From contig NW_003314305.1 of NCBI RefSeq assembly GCF_000143415.4, positions 1,566,750-1,630,749 of the forward strand: a DNA stretch of 64,000 nucleotides, in the 5' to 3' direction. Each line of letters begins with the position of its first letter. Within the stretch, counting starts at the first letter, position 1. The stretch comes from Selaginella moellendorffii (lineage: Eukaryota; Plantae; Lycopodiophyta). A program made the translations under genes and the position numbers. The notes beneath the pieces were generated by a model. It did not search any database, was not told the origin of the DNA, and saw nothing but the letters and a program-made list of their open reading frames with translations. This document shows, one piece after another, positions 12,586 through 24,695 of the stretch.

Positions 12586-13152
12586 TGTGAGACACAAAAT
12601 CCCTAGGCCCCAAAGTGGAGCCGGAAGGGCGCCACGTGGTAGTGGCCGAAGCGAGAGCCAAACGAGCGTAACACGTTTGGACCAAAAGCTCCGACTTGAA
12701 AAGTCAAGAGCGGGAGTGGAACTCCCAACGAAGTGCTCGAGGAACGAGCACGAAGCGAGCAAAAAGCGAGGCTCCAAAAAGGGACCCGAGATGGACCCGA
12801 GATGGAGTCCGAGATGGAGTCTGAGATGGAGTCCGAGGTGGACCCGAGATGGAGTCCGAGATGGAGTCCGAGATGGAGTCTGAGATGGAGTCCGAGATGG
12901 AGTCCGAGGTGGACCCGAGATGGACCCGAAATGGAGTCCGAGATGGAGTCCGAGGTGGACCCGAGATGGACCCGAGATGGAGTCCGAGATGGAGTCCGAG
13001 ATGGAGTCCGAGGTGGACCCGAGATGGACCCGAAATGGAGTCCGAGATGGAGTCCGAGGTGGACCTGAGATGGACCTGAAATGGAGTCCGAGATGGAGTC
13101 CGAGATGGACCCGAGATGGAGTCCGAGATGGACCCGAGATGGAGTCTGAAGT

Positions 13153-13187
<35 letters not shown>

Positions 13188-14289
13188 TCGGGACCGAGAA
13201 CGAGACCGAGCCCGAGCCCGAGACCGAGCCCGAGCCCGAGTTTGAGTCTGAGTCCGAGTCCGAGTCCGAGGCCGAGTCCGAGTTCGAGTCTGAGAGGGTG
13301 AAAGCCCAAAGTGTTCGTCTCCCAGACCCTGGGGGGTTTGGTGAGCTCCAAAAGTATAGTAGGGGGAGGACTGCAGTGGAGCCAGTTTGGCCAGGAAAGG
13401 CCAGTTTGGCCCAGGAAGGCTGGACCCAGTGTTGGGTTATGAGCTGCCCACTGGGAAGTCCAAGACTAGAGTGAACACAAACCGACAAACGGGGTAGCTT
13501 GGTGAAGTGTTCAAGAGTCGGCTCTAGTTCCCCCGAGAGATCGACTGGCCGATGCTCCCAGTCCAAGTGTGGGTGGCACTACCTACTTGGATACCTGTCG
13601 TGGCTCAACGGAACCTCGCTCTAAGCCCATGGCTAGAGCACCTAAAGGCAGAAGGCGGGGAGAATACCCATGAGGCCCACGTAGGGCCACAGTGTTCCGA
13701 AATGGTGTCCCAAAGTCCCAGACTGTGGAAAGGAAGAGGGGTAGCCCTCTGGTGGGGTGACCAAGGACACAGTCACACAATGAGGAAGTCCTAGAGGATA
13801 GTGGGACTTAGTGGTCGGGCCGGTGGGCCTTGATCCAGTGGCAGTGTTGGCGAACATAGCCAAGGACAGAAAGGGACTTGGTGGGGACCGGAACAGAGAT
13901 ATTGGGGAAGGCTATTCCCCATGTCTGTAGGCATCCTAAGGATGTTAAGGAGTGGATCTGGGATGATCCCTCATGGACGGATGACCCAGTCTTTGAGAGA
14001 CGGGATGGGAATGTAGGTGGCGTTGGACCACCAGTGTAACCAAGGTAATTGGGCATGGCCTTAGCGTAACGGGCCGATACGTCGGTGGTACCTTGGGGTG
14101 TCGATAATGGGATCGGACACATGGAGCACTTGGACCAAGTGCTAAGGTTGAGTGGCATGGATGCCATTCTCGGGGCTAGCAAGCCCTAAGTCCTGAGTTG
14201 GACTTATGGAGGTTGCGAATGAGACTCCTCCAAGTGGTTAGAGGTGTGGTTAAGTGACTAAAGTAGAATGGAAAAATTAGTCGCTTACA
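12586..14289 (+). mobile_element. 1.7-kb solo-LTR-like insert splitting the gag zinc knuckle
   Basis: Termini are TGTGAG...CTTACA. Removing the insert restores CWACDEVGHTYRCC (CX2CX4HX4C). It shares the GTGAAAGCCCAAAG...CCAAA.GTATAGTAGGG core with the reverse complement of the LTR at 58663-59805. Confidence 0.75.
12782..13293. repeat. 11/12-bp minisatellite (GATGGAGTCCGA / GATGGACCCGA) grading into hexamer repeats (GAGACC, GAGCCC, GAGTCC)
   Basis: Directly visible tandem array inside the nested insert. Confidence 0.95.
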
Positions 14290-17200
14290 TCGGTGTTGTC
14301 GGCGCTTTCCGGATTGGCGACCTCCATTTCCTGGGTGGAGACCTTGGCCTCAGCAACGTCCCGTTGGTGCTGCTGCGGTGGAAGGTTTGGACACCGAGGT
14401 GCATCTAAGAAACAAGGAGTCGCACGAGTAATGGAGGGACCTTGCGCGAATAAGTTAGTGACCCCTCCATCTTTCTTTCGGGAGTATTATCAAGGGGTTC
14501 ACTCGGCACTAGTTCATCCAGTGTTTACTTTCCAAGCTCGTTTTATAACAAGAGGTCTCCTATTATTCTCTCCGTGTTGGTTGATACAGGTTCGAGTTTA
14601 TCTTCTATTGCTTGACCTATTGTCGTCTACACTTGCGTCGTACGGCGGATCCAGTTTTCATTCTTTATGGCAACGGCCATACACATGTATGTGCACGAGA
14701 TGAGGCAGACCTAGTTGTGCGTGTGGGCGATCTCGAGCTTGAGTTGCAGTCGTTGTGGGTGGTGCCGAGTCAAGCTTTTGACCTCATTCTTGGTATGGAT
14801 TGGTTGCAGCACAATCATGCCAAGTGTGACTTTGAGGCTTCTCCCCCTTGTCTCATACTTCCTTATGTTTCATCCATACCTCTCACTTCTATCCCTCTTC
14901 GTCCCTCTACTTCTACCTCTATTTCAATTACTTTTGTTTCCCCACTATTTCCTCCTATGTTTCCATCTTGTTTTGCTCTTCCCTTTTTCGATCCCTCCGA
15001 CGATCTTTGTGTTGTAGCGGTTGACTAGCTTATGAAGGAGTATTCTGATCTCTTTGAATTTGACCTATCGTCTAGGGCCAAGATTGCCACACGTCATTCG
15101 ATTCCAACTGGGGATGCTCGTCCAATCAAAGTTCCTGTTCGTCGTCGGTCACCCAAGGAGATCAAGATTTTACGTGCAAACGTCAAGGAGATGTTGGAGA
15201 AGGGTGTTATTCGGAAGTCGCGGAGTCCTTGGGCATGTGAACCTCATCTTGTGATGAAGCCTGATGGGAGTATTTGTTTCTGCATTGACTATCGTCCGTT
15301 AAATGAAGTGACGATCCCGGATGTGTACCCTCTTCCTCACACTACTGATCTCTTGGATCGTCTCGGGCGAAGTCGTTGGTTCACCAAGCTAGATCTTGCT
15401 TCTGGGTACTGGCAAGTACCAATGGCCGCAAAAAATATTCCTAAGACTGCTTTTCATACACCGTTTGGTTTGTACGAGTTCTTGGTGATGCCGTTTGGTT
15501 TGAACAACGCTGCAGCAACTTTCCAGCGGATGATGGACGAGGTTCTTTGTGATATGCCAGAAATGACTACCGACTTCATTGATGATGTCTTGATTCACTC
15601 GGAGGGGACGTGGGAGGAGCACGTTCATGATGTTTGTAAAGTGTTGGATCGGCTACGCGATGTTGGTTTAAGGCTGAAGCGGTCGAAGTGTGTGTTTAGG
15701 TCCAAGGATACAACTTATCTTGGGTACTGTATTTCTCGTGAGGGTTTGCAAGTTGATTCTGACAAGCTTGTGGCTGTTCTAAAGTTCCCTACTCCGAAAT
15801 GTGTGAATGATGTGCAGCGCTTCTTGGGCAAGGTGCAGTATCTCGGTCGTTTTGTGGATCATCTTTCTGATCGCACTGCACCATTGCGAGCGTTGCTGAA
15901 GTCATCAACATCATCTTTCATCTGGTCTCCGGATTGTGAGCGGGCATTCGGGGATCTCAAAGAGCTATTAACGACTCCTCCGGTTTTGGCATATCCTGAC
16001 TACACTCGACCTTTTATTTTGCGCGTGGATGCTTCTGACATTGGTCTTGGAGGTGTGTTGATGCAAGAGAGTTCGAGTGTGCCTGGTCAACGCCATCCTA
16101 TTGCGTATATAAGCCGTACATTACAACCAGTGGAGATGAATTACTCCACAACGGAGAAGGAGTGTTTAGCAGCAATTTGGGGTTTCGAGAAACTTCATGC
16201 ATATCTACATGGTTCTCGAACGTTACTTGAAGGTGACCATGCTGCTGTTACTTCATTATTGAAGCGGAAGAACCTGGTTGGTCGTACTGCTCGGTGGGCT
16301 TTGAAGCTTCAGATATATGATTTTGATGTTGTTCATCGCCCAGGGAGTTCTATGGCTGATATTGATGCCCTTTCTCGAGCTCCTCTTCCTTCTTCACTCA
16401 CTTCTCATGTTTCTGACGAACCTGTTGTTCCAGCATCTGTGGATTTTCTAGACGAGGATTCTGTGCCGTCAGCGGTTGCTGTCCTTGATGTTCAGTGTCC
16501 ACAAGGCGCAGAGTAAAATCTACCTTCTCTTGATGATGTTTGTGAGGCTCAAAAGATTGAGCCGTCGATTCAAAGGCTTCGAGATGGGTTTGAGAATCCT
16601 GCATCACTTGCTGATGACTTGCCTTTCCGGCATTTACATTCTCAATATCGCCTTGAAGATGGCCTTCTTTATTTTGTGGGGACGGATCCTGAGGATCATT
16701 TACAGCAGTTGTGCCTTTTGTCTTTATTTCGCGGTTTCTCCATGCCTACCATGATTCTTTTGTTCTAGGTGGGCATATGGGACACCGTCGTGTTCTAGGT
16801 GGGCATATGGGACACCATCGTGTAACCGAGAAGTTGCGGAGGTCTTTTTACTGGCCGGAGATGCAACGTGATGTTATCCAGTATGTGCGTAGCTGCGTTT
16901 GGTGCTAAGCTCGTAATACTCCCCCTCGTGCTACGGAAGGACGGTTGGAGTCAATTGTGGTTTCCCGTCCATTTGAGTTGGTGATGTTTGATCTTATGGG
17001 ACCTTTTCCATGGTCAACTGCTGGCAATGAATATGTTATTATTGCTTCTGACTACTTGACTCGTTGGGTGGAAGTTGGTGCTCTTGCTAGCGCCTCTGCA
17101 ACTGTTGTTAGCTATTTCCTCCTCAATCGAGTGGTGTTCCAGCAATCTTGTCCAGAGTGGATTCTTTCTGATAATGGTCCCGCATTTATGGCTGAGGTAT

Positions 17201-18120
17201 TTCATGTTTTGACATCTCGGTTGGGGATACGCCACACTTTCACGAGTGCTTATCATCCACAATCAAACGGTCTGGTGGAGCGGCTCGTTCGGACATTTAA
17301 AGGGATGATTGCGAAGTATGTGAACTTTCAGCATTCAGATTGGGATGGTTATTTGCCGTCTCTTCGGTATGCATATGTCACAGGGGTGTAAAGTTCTGTT
17401 GGTGGTTCACCATATAAACTCTTATATGGTCATGATCCAATATTACCAACGGAGCTGGGTTTACCTTCGCGATTGCTGTGAGCTGCCGATGCTAGGTCGT
17501 GGGATCAGTATTTGACGAGCATTCTTCCATTTGTCTAAGCAAAGTCTGTCGAACACTTAGGCCGCGTACAAGTAAAACAACAATGGCGCTACAACTCTCA
17601 TCATTGTCCACCTGCGGAGTACAAAGTGGATGATTTGGTGTTAGTCCGTTTTCCCCATCTTACGGTACGTGGTTTATCTAAGGGACTTCTTGCACAGTGG
17701 AAAGGACCGTATCAGGTGTTGCGGCAAGTTGAACCACAAGTTTATGAGGTTCAGCATAACATTCAGCAGGCCGATCCTCTAGAGATTGTGCATGTGCAGC
17801 GGCTGAAACGCTTCGTACAAAGGGATCAGGAGCAGTTAATGCCACCTACAGATCCACTAATGCCTCCTCTTGATGTTCCTCCGGATCCCGGCCCATCTAC
17901 AAGAGAACCCTGATGGTCTTCCATTATTCCAAGAGAAGGGGATGATGTGAGGGCCAAGTGTACGGCTACGATTCCATATACTAATATTAGCGTAATGGGA
18001 TTTTGGTAACCGTCGGATTGGTTTCAATCTAGACCACTCGCTCCTGTATATAAGCTAGGGTTTTTGGGCTAATTGATATGCACATTTTTTGTATTCCCCT
18101 TCCATATTCCAAGCACTCAC

Positions 18121-18121
<1 letters not shown>

Positions 18122-18177
<56 letters not shown>
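18122..18177. repeat. (TA)n microsatellite flanking the 3' LTR
   Basis: TA run immediately after the LTR end. Confidence 0.95.
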
Positions 18178-18184
<7 letters not shown>

Positions 18185-18829
18185 TACAAAGGGATAAATT
18201 ATTTTAAAAATATTATTTAAGCTTCAAATGTTTGAATGTTGTTATTTTTATTTATTTTAAAGCACACTGATATTTATTTCATATATAATTTTTCAATATT
18301 TTGGATGTTGTTATTTGCTTATTGTTTTTAACTTTGTTATTAACATATGACCAAGTATATAAAATAAAATTCTTATAAATATCTTTATAATTTAAATTAG
18401 TTATGTTTTATTGGTAAATTACTTTTTTATTAATTTCAAAAAAAGTTGTACTTTTTTAAAAATAAATAACTCCAAATAACACTCAAATAATGCTCAAGTA
18501 GTAATATTGTTTTAATTAGGAGCACTATTGGTTTAAGTTTAAAGATGATTAAAAATAAAAAATCAACATTTATCACCCCTCTAAACATTAGTGCTATCTA
18601 TTAATTATTAATATCACAAAGAATATATTAAGGATCACAAAAGGAAATAATTTCTAAATTGTTTATTAAATATATATAACTGATGCAATCTTCTTTGAGA
18701 GCGTAAAATTTATACTATGAGTTGAAGCACTTGGTTGATCTCTCTCACCACTCAGTTTTGGCACATTTCCAATCACTTGACATAAGAGGTTTTGCTTTTA
18801 AGTGGGAAAAATGAAATGGCCCTCTACTT

Positions 18830-19439
18830 CTAGAAGCTCGAAGCCTTCTGCTGCCAAAGGTTGATGATATCGGTGGCCTGGTTGAGAAGGATAATTGTAC
18901 GCCTTCGTGAGATCCACGGCTTGCTCTCGAGCTTGGCCTTGAGCTCCTCCCACGCATCCTTCTTGGGCCAGAAGTAAAACGGCGACAGTGGAATTGTACC
19001 ATGGCCCGGCACAACTTGATCCAAGGCAATTCCAATGTTCTTCTCCATCCAAAGAAATCGTAGCGACAATATCTGCTTGCCTGCGGACCTTATAGCCAGC
19101 TTGTCTTTCTGGCCAAAACAAAAAAAAGAAGATCAAAGTTGGATAGACAAACATTCCTCGTACCTTGGATAGATTGTCCGAGTAAACGCTGCTCGTGGGC
19201 TCAGGAGTCTCTTCTTGGGCATCCTTCGAGTCTTCTTCATCTCCCACAGCCTTGGGAGTTTCAGCGTTTTCTTCCAAGGGAGCAGCGTCGTCCGAGGCTG
19301 AAGCTCTCAAGGAAAGCATCCTCCGTTGCCTTCTTGATAGCACTAAGCTTCCTCTCTGAGTAGAAAAGCAACCCAAATTCACCTGAGAAGGTCCGCACGG
19401 CTGAATGCCCACTCCCGGCCAAGCCATCGCCATAGTCAT
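18830..19439 (-). CDS. PSRP3: Plastid-specific 30S ribosomal protein 3 (PSRP-3/Ycf65), 2 exons
   Basis: Transit-peptide-like N-terminus and the diagnostic [66 protein letters not shown]. Confidence 0.93.
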
Positions 19440-19534
19440 CGCAAGCGATAGCCCTCGCACCCTCACGATTCGAACTCCAGACCTGCTTTGGAAGATAAGT
19501 GAGAGAAAGACAAAACTCGCTTGCGAAAAAAATT

Positions 19535-20773
19535 CTACACTGTACCAAGATCAAACCACAGAAGCTTTCTTCGAGGTCGACCAAGAAGGTGTGATTCCGC
19601 TGGAGTCTCCTCGGCTTCGAAAACAAAGCCAGACTTCGTGTAAAGTTTGAAAGCCGGCTCGTTGGATGTCACAACGTGAACGTAAAGATCACTCACACCT
19701 GTAGCAGCCAAGGCGTCAAAGGTCTGGAAAAACGAGAAGCTCTTCAGTACCCCATTCTCTGGCAGTCCGTTTTGCTTCGCGAACTAGAGCCGTGCCTACA
19801 CCCTTTCGACGTGCTTCTTGAGCGACGCAGAAGTTTGAAATGTAGGCACGCTTGTATGCTGGATCAGAGTCCTAGAAAAAACAGTAGAAAACGTGATACA
19901 CGATGGAAAGAAGAAAGGTTCTTACCTTTGGTCGAGAGCCAGATATCTCACCGGGTATTAGTCGACCTCGATTCACATCAAGTGTACCAACAACAAGGAG
20001 ATCTTGGCCAGCAACAGTCACCTATATCATCACTCAATCATCCTAGAGCTATCAGCCACCCAAGGAAAAAAAAGATTATAGATAGATAGATGGATCTATC
20101 ATCTATTTATCGGTCTATCTATCCTAGAGCTATCAGTCACCCAAGACAAAAAAAAAAGAGTATAAAACAACCAAGAGTTTACCTTGCAAGCTTTGCGAAT
20201 CTCGTCTGTGGAAGGAGGAAAATCTTTGAGTGGAAGTAGCGCGACTACGCACGCCACACGACCGAAACCATCCTCGGTTCCAGCGATCTTGGAGGAAAGA
20301 GTCTTAAATTCGAGGGAGGCCATATACTTTTGGTGTGCCTGTGAAGAAACAAAGAAAAAATCGTTAGAGAGAAACGATCGAGAAAATCTTTGTGAAGAGA
20401 GGAAAGATCTCTTCGAAATCTACGAAAGAAAGAGGCTGCGTTGCTATCGATCGACCATGAAATGATCAAGAAGAGATATTTCTAGACTTACTTCTTGTGC
20501 TGCGATGGAGCGTCCCTCGGGATAGCTGTAGAATGACCTTGCGCGCAAGAATGCGGCCGCCGAGAGCTCCGATTCACAAGCCTGCCGGACGAGGAGGAGC
20601 TCCTCTAGCCCGCCGCTGGCGAGATCGCGAAGAACCTGTGAAGAATGCGCGGGAATGGAAGCCCTGGTGCTGATCACGATCCTCGCGAACGGCGGAAGGA
20701 GATTTGGAGCGGCGGACGATCGAGGATTCCACAGAGGAGGGATGGATGCGTGGCAGGCGGCGGCAAGCGCCAT
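19535..20773 (-). CDS. GNAT-family acetyltransferase, probably plastid-targeted, multi-exon
   Basis: Transit-like N-terminus; AAAFLRARSFY; VVGTLDVNRG..PGEISG; RAYISNFCVAQEARRKGVGTALV (acetyl-CoA motif A); LYVHVVTSNEPAFKLYTKSGF. Confidence 0.85.
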
Positions 20774-20830
20774 AGCCAAGATCCTCTTCTCAAAATTTCT
20801 CCAGGGCAAACAAGAAATTTTTTAAAAGCC

Positions 20831-22529
20831 ATGGCGGGTTTGGGGCTCAAGCGGTTTAGGGTTCTTCACATTCTTCTCCGGGGATGGCCGCCACCGCCAT
20901 CGCTAGCGCCATCGTCATCGCCATCGCTATCGCGCAAGGTATCGATCTGCAAGTGTAGCATTTCCTTCTCTACATCTGGCAATCCGCCGCCGCCTCCTGC
21001 GCCGCTCGCGATCGCCTCGATCGCTCCCTTGCGGCCGACGCTTTCGGTCATGGAATGGACTTGCAGCCGATGCACGCTTCTCAACAGCGCCGGCGATGCG
21101 TGCGCGGTTTGTGAGCAACCGCGGAAGGAAGAGGCCGCGAGTGAAATGCCGGGTCTGGATTCGTGGAACTGCCCGGCGTGCACGTTTCTCAGCCCCGGAT
21201 CGATGCCTCGCTGCGGTATGTGTGACACTGAGAAGCCCCTGGATCAAGACCCTCCGGTAGTGACCAAAGAGATCACGGCAAAAGAGGAGGTGATTTTGGA
21301 GCCGAGCTCCAAGAGGCAGAGAGTGGACGAGCCACAGCCATCGTCCGAGGAAGAGGAAGGCCAGGCCGCGGCTCCTGTCAATCCAGGGCAGTCCTCAAAC
21401 GCTCTCCTTCGCGAGCTCCATATGGAAAGAATGTCGAGGAAGAACTCCATAGCTTCTTCTGCTGGTATGTATGAGGTCTTAATCGTTTACAAACTTTCAC
21501 TGCTTTTCTTCTTTAGGTGTGTCAACTTCTTCCACTTCCAAGAACATTGTCAGCGACAGTATCGTTTTTATGACGTACAACGTCTGGTTTCGTGAGGATC
21601 TCGAGCTGGAGCGAAGAATGGAAGCGATCGGAGAGCTTATCAGACAGCACCAACCTCACGTCATATGTTTCCAGGTATTTCTTTGGTCGTTCATATCTCT
21701 CTTTGCTGATAAGTGATTTTCACAGGAAGTTACTACCAGTATCTATGCGATTTTCCAGCGATCGAACTGGTGGAGTGGATACAGATGCTCGGTTAGCTCA
21801 GAGCTCGCGGCAAAGCGAGCTTACTTTTGCATCCAGGTGAAGCTTTCGCTCGCGTTCATTCTGTTGCTTAGTCTCAAGTGCGTATCTTCTCCTTTTCAGC
21901 TTAGCAAGCTACCGATAGACAAGTTCTACCGCAATCCCTTCCACAACACGATCATGGGAAGAGAACTCTGCCTGGCGGACATCGATTGCGGCAACAGCAC
22001 GCAGCTGGTCGTGGCAACAACGCATCTGGAAAGCCCGTGTCCAGCGCCCCCGAAATTCGATCAGATGTTTAGCGCCGAGCGCGTTGCACAGATGAAGGAG
22101 GCGCTCGCAACGCTCAAGCCGCTGCCAAACGTTGTCTTTGGAGGAGACATGAACTGGGACGACAAGCTAGACGGTCAGCCTCCTCTCGAGAATGGCTGGA
22201 TGGACGCATGGACACAACTCCGCGCAAAGGAGGTGAGAACTTTTGCTCTCGTTTTTATGGCAGAGTTTTGATTCACCGTGTGTTCTTTGCAGCCTGGACT
22301 AACTTACGACGCAAAGGCCAATCCCATGCTCACTGGAAGCAGGCTACAGAAGCGTTTGGATCGAGTGTTCTACCATTTCCGCGACTTTGAGGTGGAAAGC
22401 ATCGAGATGATCGGGACGAAACCGATTCCAGGCTTGACGTTTGAGAAGGAGACGAAGAAATCGTTGCTCAAGCTCCCGGTTTTACCCAGCGATCACTTTG
22501 GTTTGGTTCTCAAGATTCGCAAGAAGTAG
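20831..22529 (+). CDS. TDP2: TDP2-like EEP-domain phosphodiesterase with two RanBP2-type zinc fingers (alternative ATG at 21050)
   Basis: WTCSRCTLLN..CAVC and WNCPACTFL..CGMC; MTYNVWFREDLE..RMEAIGELI; ICFQEV; MGRELC; ATTHLESPCP; FGGDMNWDD; TYDAKANPML; LDR; PSDHFGL. Confidence 0.88.
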
Positions 22530-22934
22530 TCGGCATTCCTTGGATACATTGATTGGCAAATCAGTGGATTCTAAGGATATTCTTGATTTGTGCTCTTTAG
22601 GATTTAAAATAGATTCTATTTTAATCTGAGGATTATTATTGTGAAATTACTTTTTAAGAATTTAGTACCTTTTGTTGAGATAAAAACTTTTTCAAACTCA
22701 TAACCTTTATTCCCGAGTTTGAAATATTCAAATAATTAGAGAAGTTTTGCCTAGATCCAGCTTTTGTATAACAATTGAGCCGCAGGATCTGGCCAATCAG
22801 AGTCGTCGTAACTCGTTCTTAGAACATCCTCTATTATGGATAATCAAGCTCGAGACGCTAGACAACATGAAAATGCCTTGAAAAGCCTTTGCCTGGGCCT
22901 TTGCTTTCACGTAGCTTGGGATTGTTTGCGCCAA

Positions 22935-23110
22935 TCAATGCTGGAACTTTCCCCGAGGATTGAGCTTGGCCAGCCGGGGTAGCTCTCCAATCTCTTTATC
23001 TGGGATGGAGCCCGAGAATCTGTTGTGAATTCCTGAGATAGGTGCTATTGCTGAAGGAGGTCTTGATGGATTCTTCTCGTGGACGTCTAACTCTTGGAAT
23101 AGCTTATTGA
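22935..23110 (-). pseudogene. Remnant of an LRR ectodomain related to the BIR-like copies
   Basis: LDVHEKN...HNRFSGSIPDKEIGELPRLAKLN resembles FDVHNNS...HNRFLGPIPGQIGVLPRLTKFD. Confidence 0.6.
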
Positions 23111-23328
23111 TGTTGTGCGCCGGCCAACCAGCGGTCGCCACGGTCTGGTCTCAGCGAGTGATTTCATGTTTGGATGAATTCTTCCCCCTCTGTCTTGGTG
23201 GCCGCTATCGCGATTGGGACGGAGCCCAGCAGCGATCTTCGCTTTTCTCTTTGCAGGTTCCAGTCACCTGAGAGGAGCGGAATGTGAGAGTTGTTCCGTG
23301 TCTCGATCTGGGTATTTGGGCGCTAGCG

Positions 23329-23918
23329 AGATTAGAATTCTGATTCTGTTTGTCTACTTGTCCAAACACAAAGGTGGTGGAGTCACACCTAGAAATGAGG
23401 TTTTTACCTAGCCGGGCTTTGATCTAATCGGGAATTCAGGAGCTTAAGTTCTAGCGCCCTAATAGAATTAAAGACATGCAGCTGATTTGAAGTTGTCTGC
23501 TACCTTGCCAAAGAGGATCACAGTGTACAGTGCATACTCGTTGTTGAAGATGATTGAGGAACCTGATCAAAATCTTCTCAGTCGAATTCAGTGAGACTTT
23601 TTCTTAGCATTTCAGCCATTAGAGTCATCCGCACCGAGTTGAGTTCTACTCAGACTGATCTGTAAGAAAAAAATTTAAGTCGTCTTTGTGCTTGGAAACA
23701 TTGCCTTGGATCATATCTGAGAGGATTCATAAGTGGATACTTCGCCTCGTCCTCGCTAGCCTAGAGGCTGCTCAGCCGGTCTTCTCGGGTACTAGCTCCA
23801 CAAACCAGGGTTCCCTCAAGTGAGTGATATGGCTCCGAGAACATTGCAGTCACTTATGGCTCTGTCACCATTGCAGTCTTCCTCTCGTCCAGGCCCTGGA
23901 CTGCCTTGGTGATTCCAA
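23329..23918. repeat. ~600-bp segment with an inverted copy at ~27730-28350
   Basis: GATTAGAATTCTGATTCTGTTTGTCTA (23329) is the reverse complement of ~28324-28350. GTCACTTATGGCTCTGTCACCATTGCAGTCTTCCTCTCGTCCAGG (23849) is the reverse complement of ~27755-27799. Confidence 0.9.
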
Positions 23919-23920
23919 TT

Positions 23921-24147
23921 TCTCACCTCCTTTGCGCTGAGTTGTGTCCATGCGTCCATCCAGCCAGCCTCGAGAGGAGGCTGGCCGTCTAACTTGTCGT
24001 CCCAGTTCATGTCTCCTCCAAAGACAACGTTTGGCAGCGGCTTGAGCGTTGCGAGCACCTCCTTCATCTGTGCAACGCGCTCGGCGCTAAGCATCTGATC
24101 GAATTTCGGGGGCGCTGGACACGGGCTTTCCAGATACGTTGTTGCTA
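23921..24147 (-). pseudogene. Inverted partial copy of a TDP2 exon (22015-22239)
   Basis: ATTYLESPCPAPPKFDQMLSAERVAQMKEVLATLKPLPNVVFGGDMNWDDKLDGQPPLEAGWMDAWTQLSAKE is near-identical to the TDP2 exon and keeps the AG|GTGAGAA donor. Confidence 0.92.
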
Positions 24148-24695
24148 CCTCTTTGAGCTCGGCTCCAAAATCACCTCCTCCTATTGTGATCTCTTTGATC
24201 AAGCCCCCGGATTTCTGGACCGTGAGGCATTTTAGCTGCGACAATCGGGCCCATCGACCGATATTTCTAGGCGCTCTACACACCTTGCGCGACAGAACTC
24301 TCCCTATGGCCCTAGCGCTACTCTGAAAAATGCGCACCGACGGCCCAGAGTGGGTGTGGCGCATTTTTCAACGGCGTGGATTTCACGTGGCAAAGTCGTT
24401 GGAAAGGTCTGGTGGCTGATGGTGTTGACTTTTCTTGACTGTGAGATTGGAACTTTAATCTACAAAGAAGGTGCAGTGAGTATGAACCTTGAAAATTGCG
24501 TGGAGCGACAAGATTCTCATCAACTCACAAAATACTTGATGGTTGATTGTATTATCAAGCATTAGCATACTTCAAAATATGTAAAACTACAAATCTGGAA
24601 GAATAATTTTGAAACAACGTCAACCAAATAATAGAAGAGAGGTTTGGATGACATCGGAATCTTGATCTTCGCCGTCTAAATTCTTGTTGACTATA

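Larger units (their letters stand above)
11388..18121 (+). mobile_element. Ty3/gypsy LTR retrotransposon with 176-bp LTRs (11388-11563, 17946-18121), inactivated
   Basis: TG..CA LTRs with 12 mismatches by hand count. PBS TGGTGGAGATGAGGGG at 11565 and PPT AAGAGAAGGGGA at 17931. Coding order is gag (11792), protease DTG (~14584), RT (CIDYRPLN, FIDDVLI), RNase H (DASDIGLG, YSTTEKECLA) and integrase (SDNGPAF, YHPQSNGLVER), which is the gypsy order. Several stops and frameshifts are present. Confidence 0.96.

Noticed and set aside
12782-13293. Regular repeat array as a CRISPR or a repeat-protein gene
   Set aside because: The units are contiguous with no unique spacers and the context is eukaryotic. 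The ORFs are by-products of the minisatellite.
16762-16822. 30-bp tandem duplication in the integrase HHCC region
   Set aside because: A simple slippage duplication in an already dead element.
20039-20165. Short duplicated segment in a GNAT intron
   Set aside because: It is intronic and does not alter the inferred splice sites.
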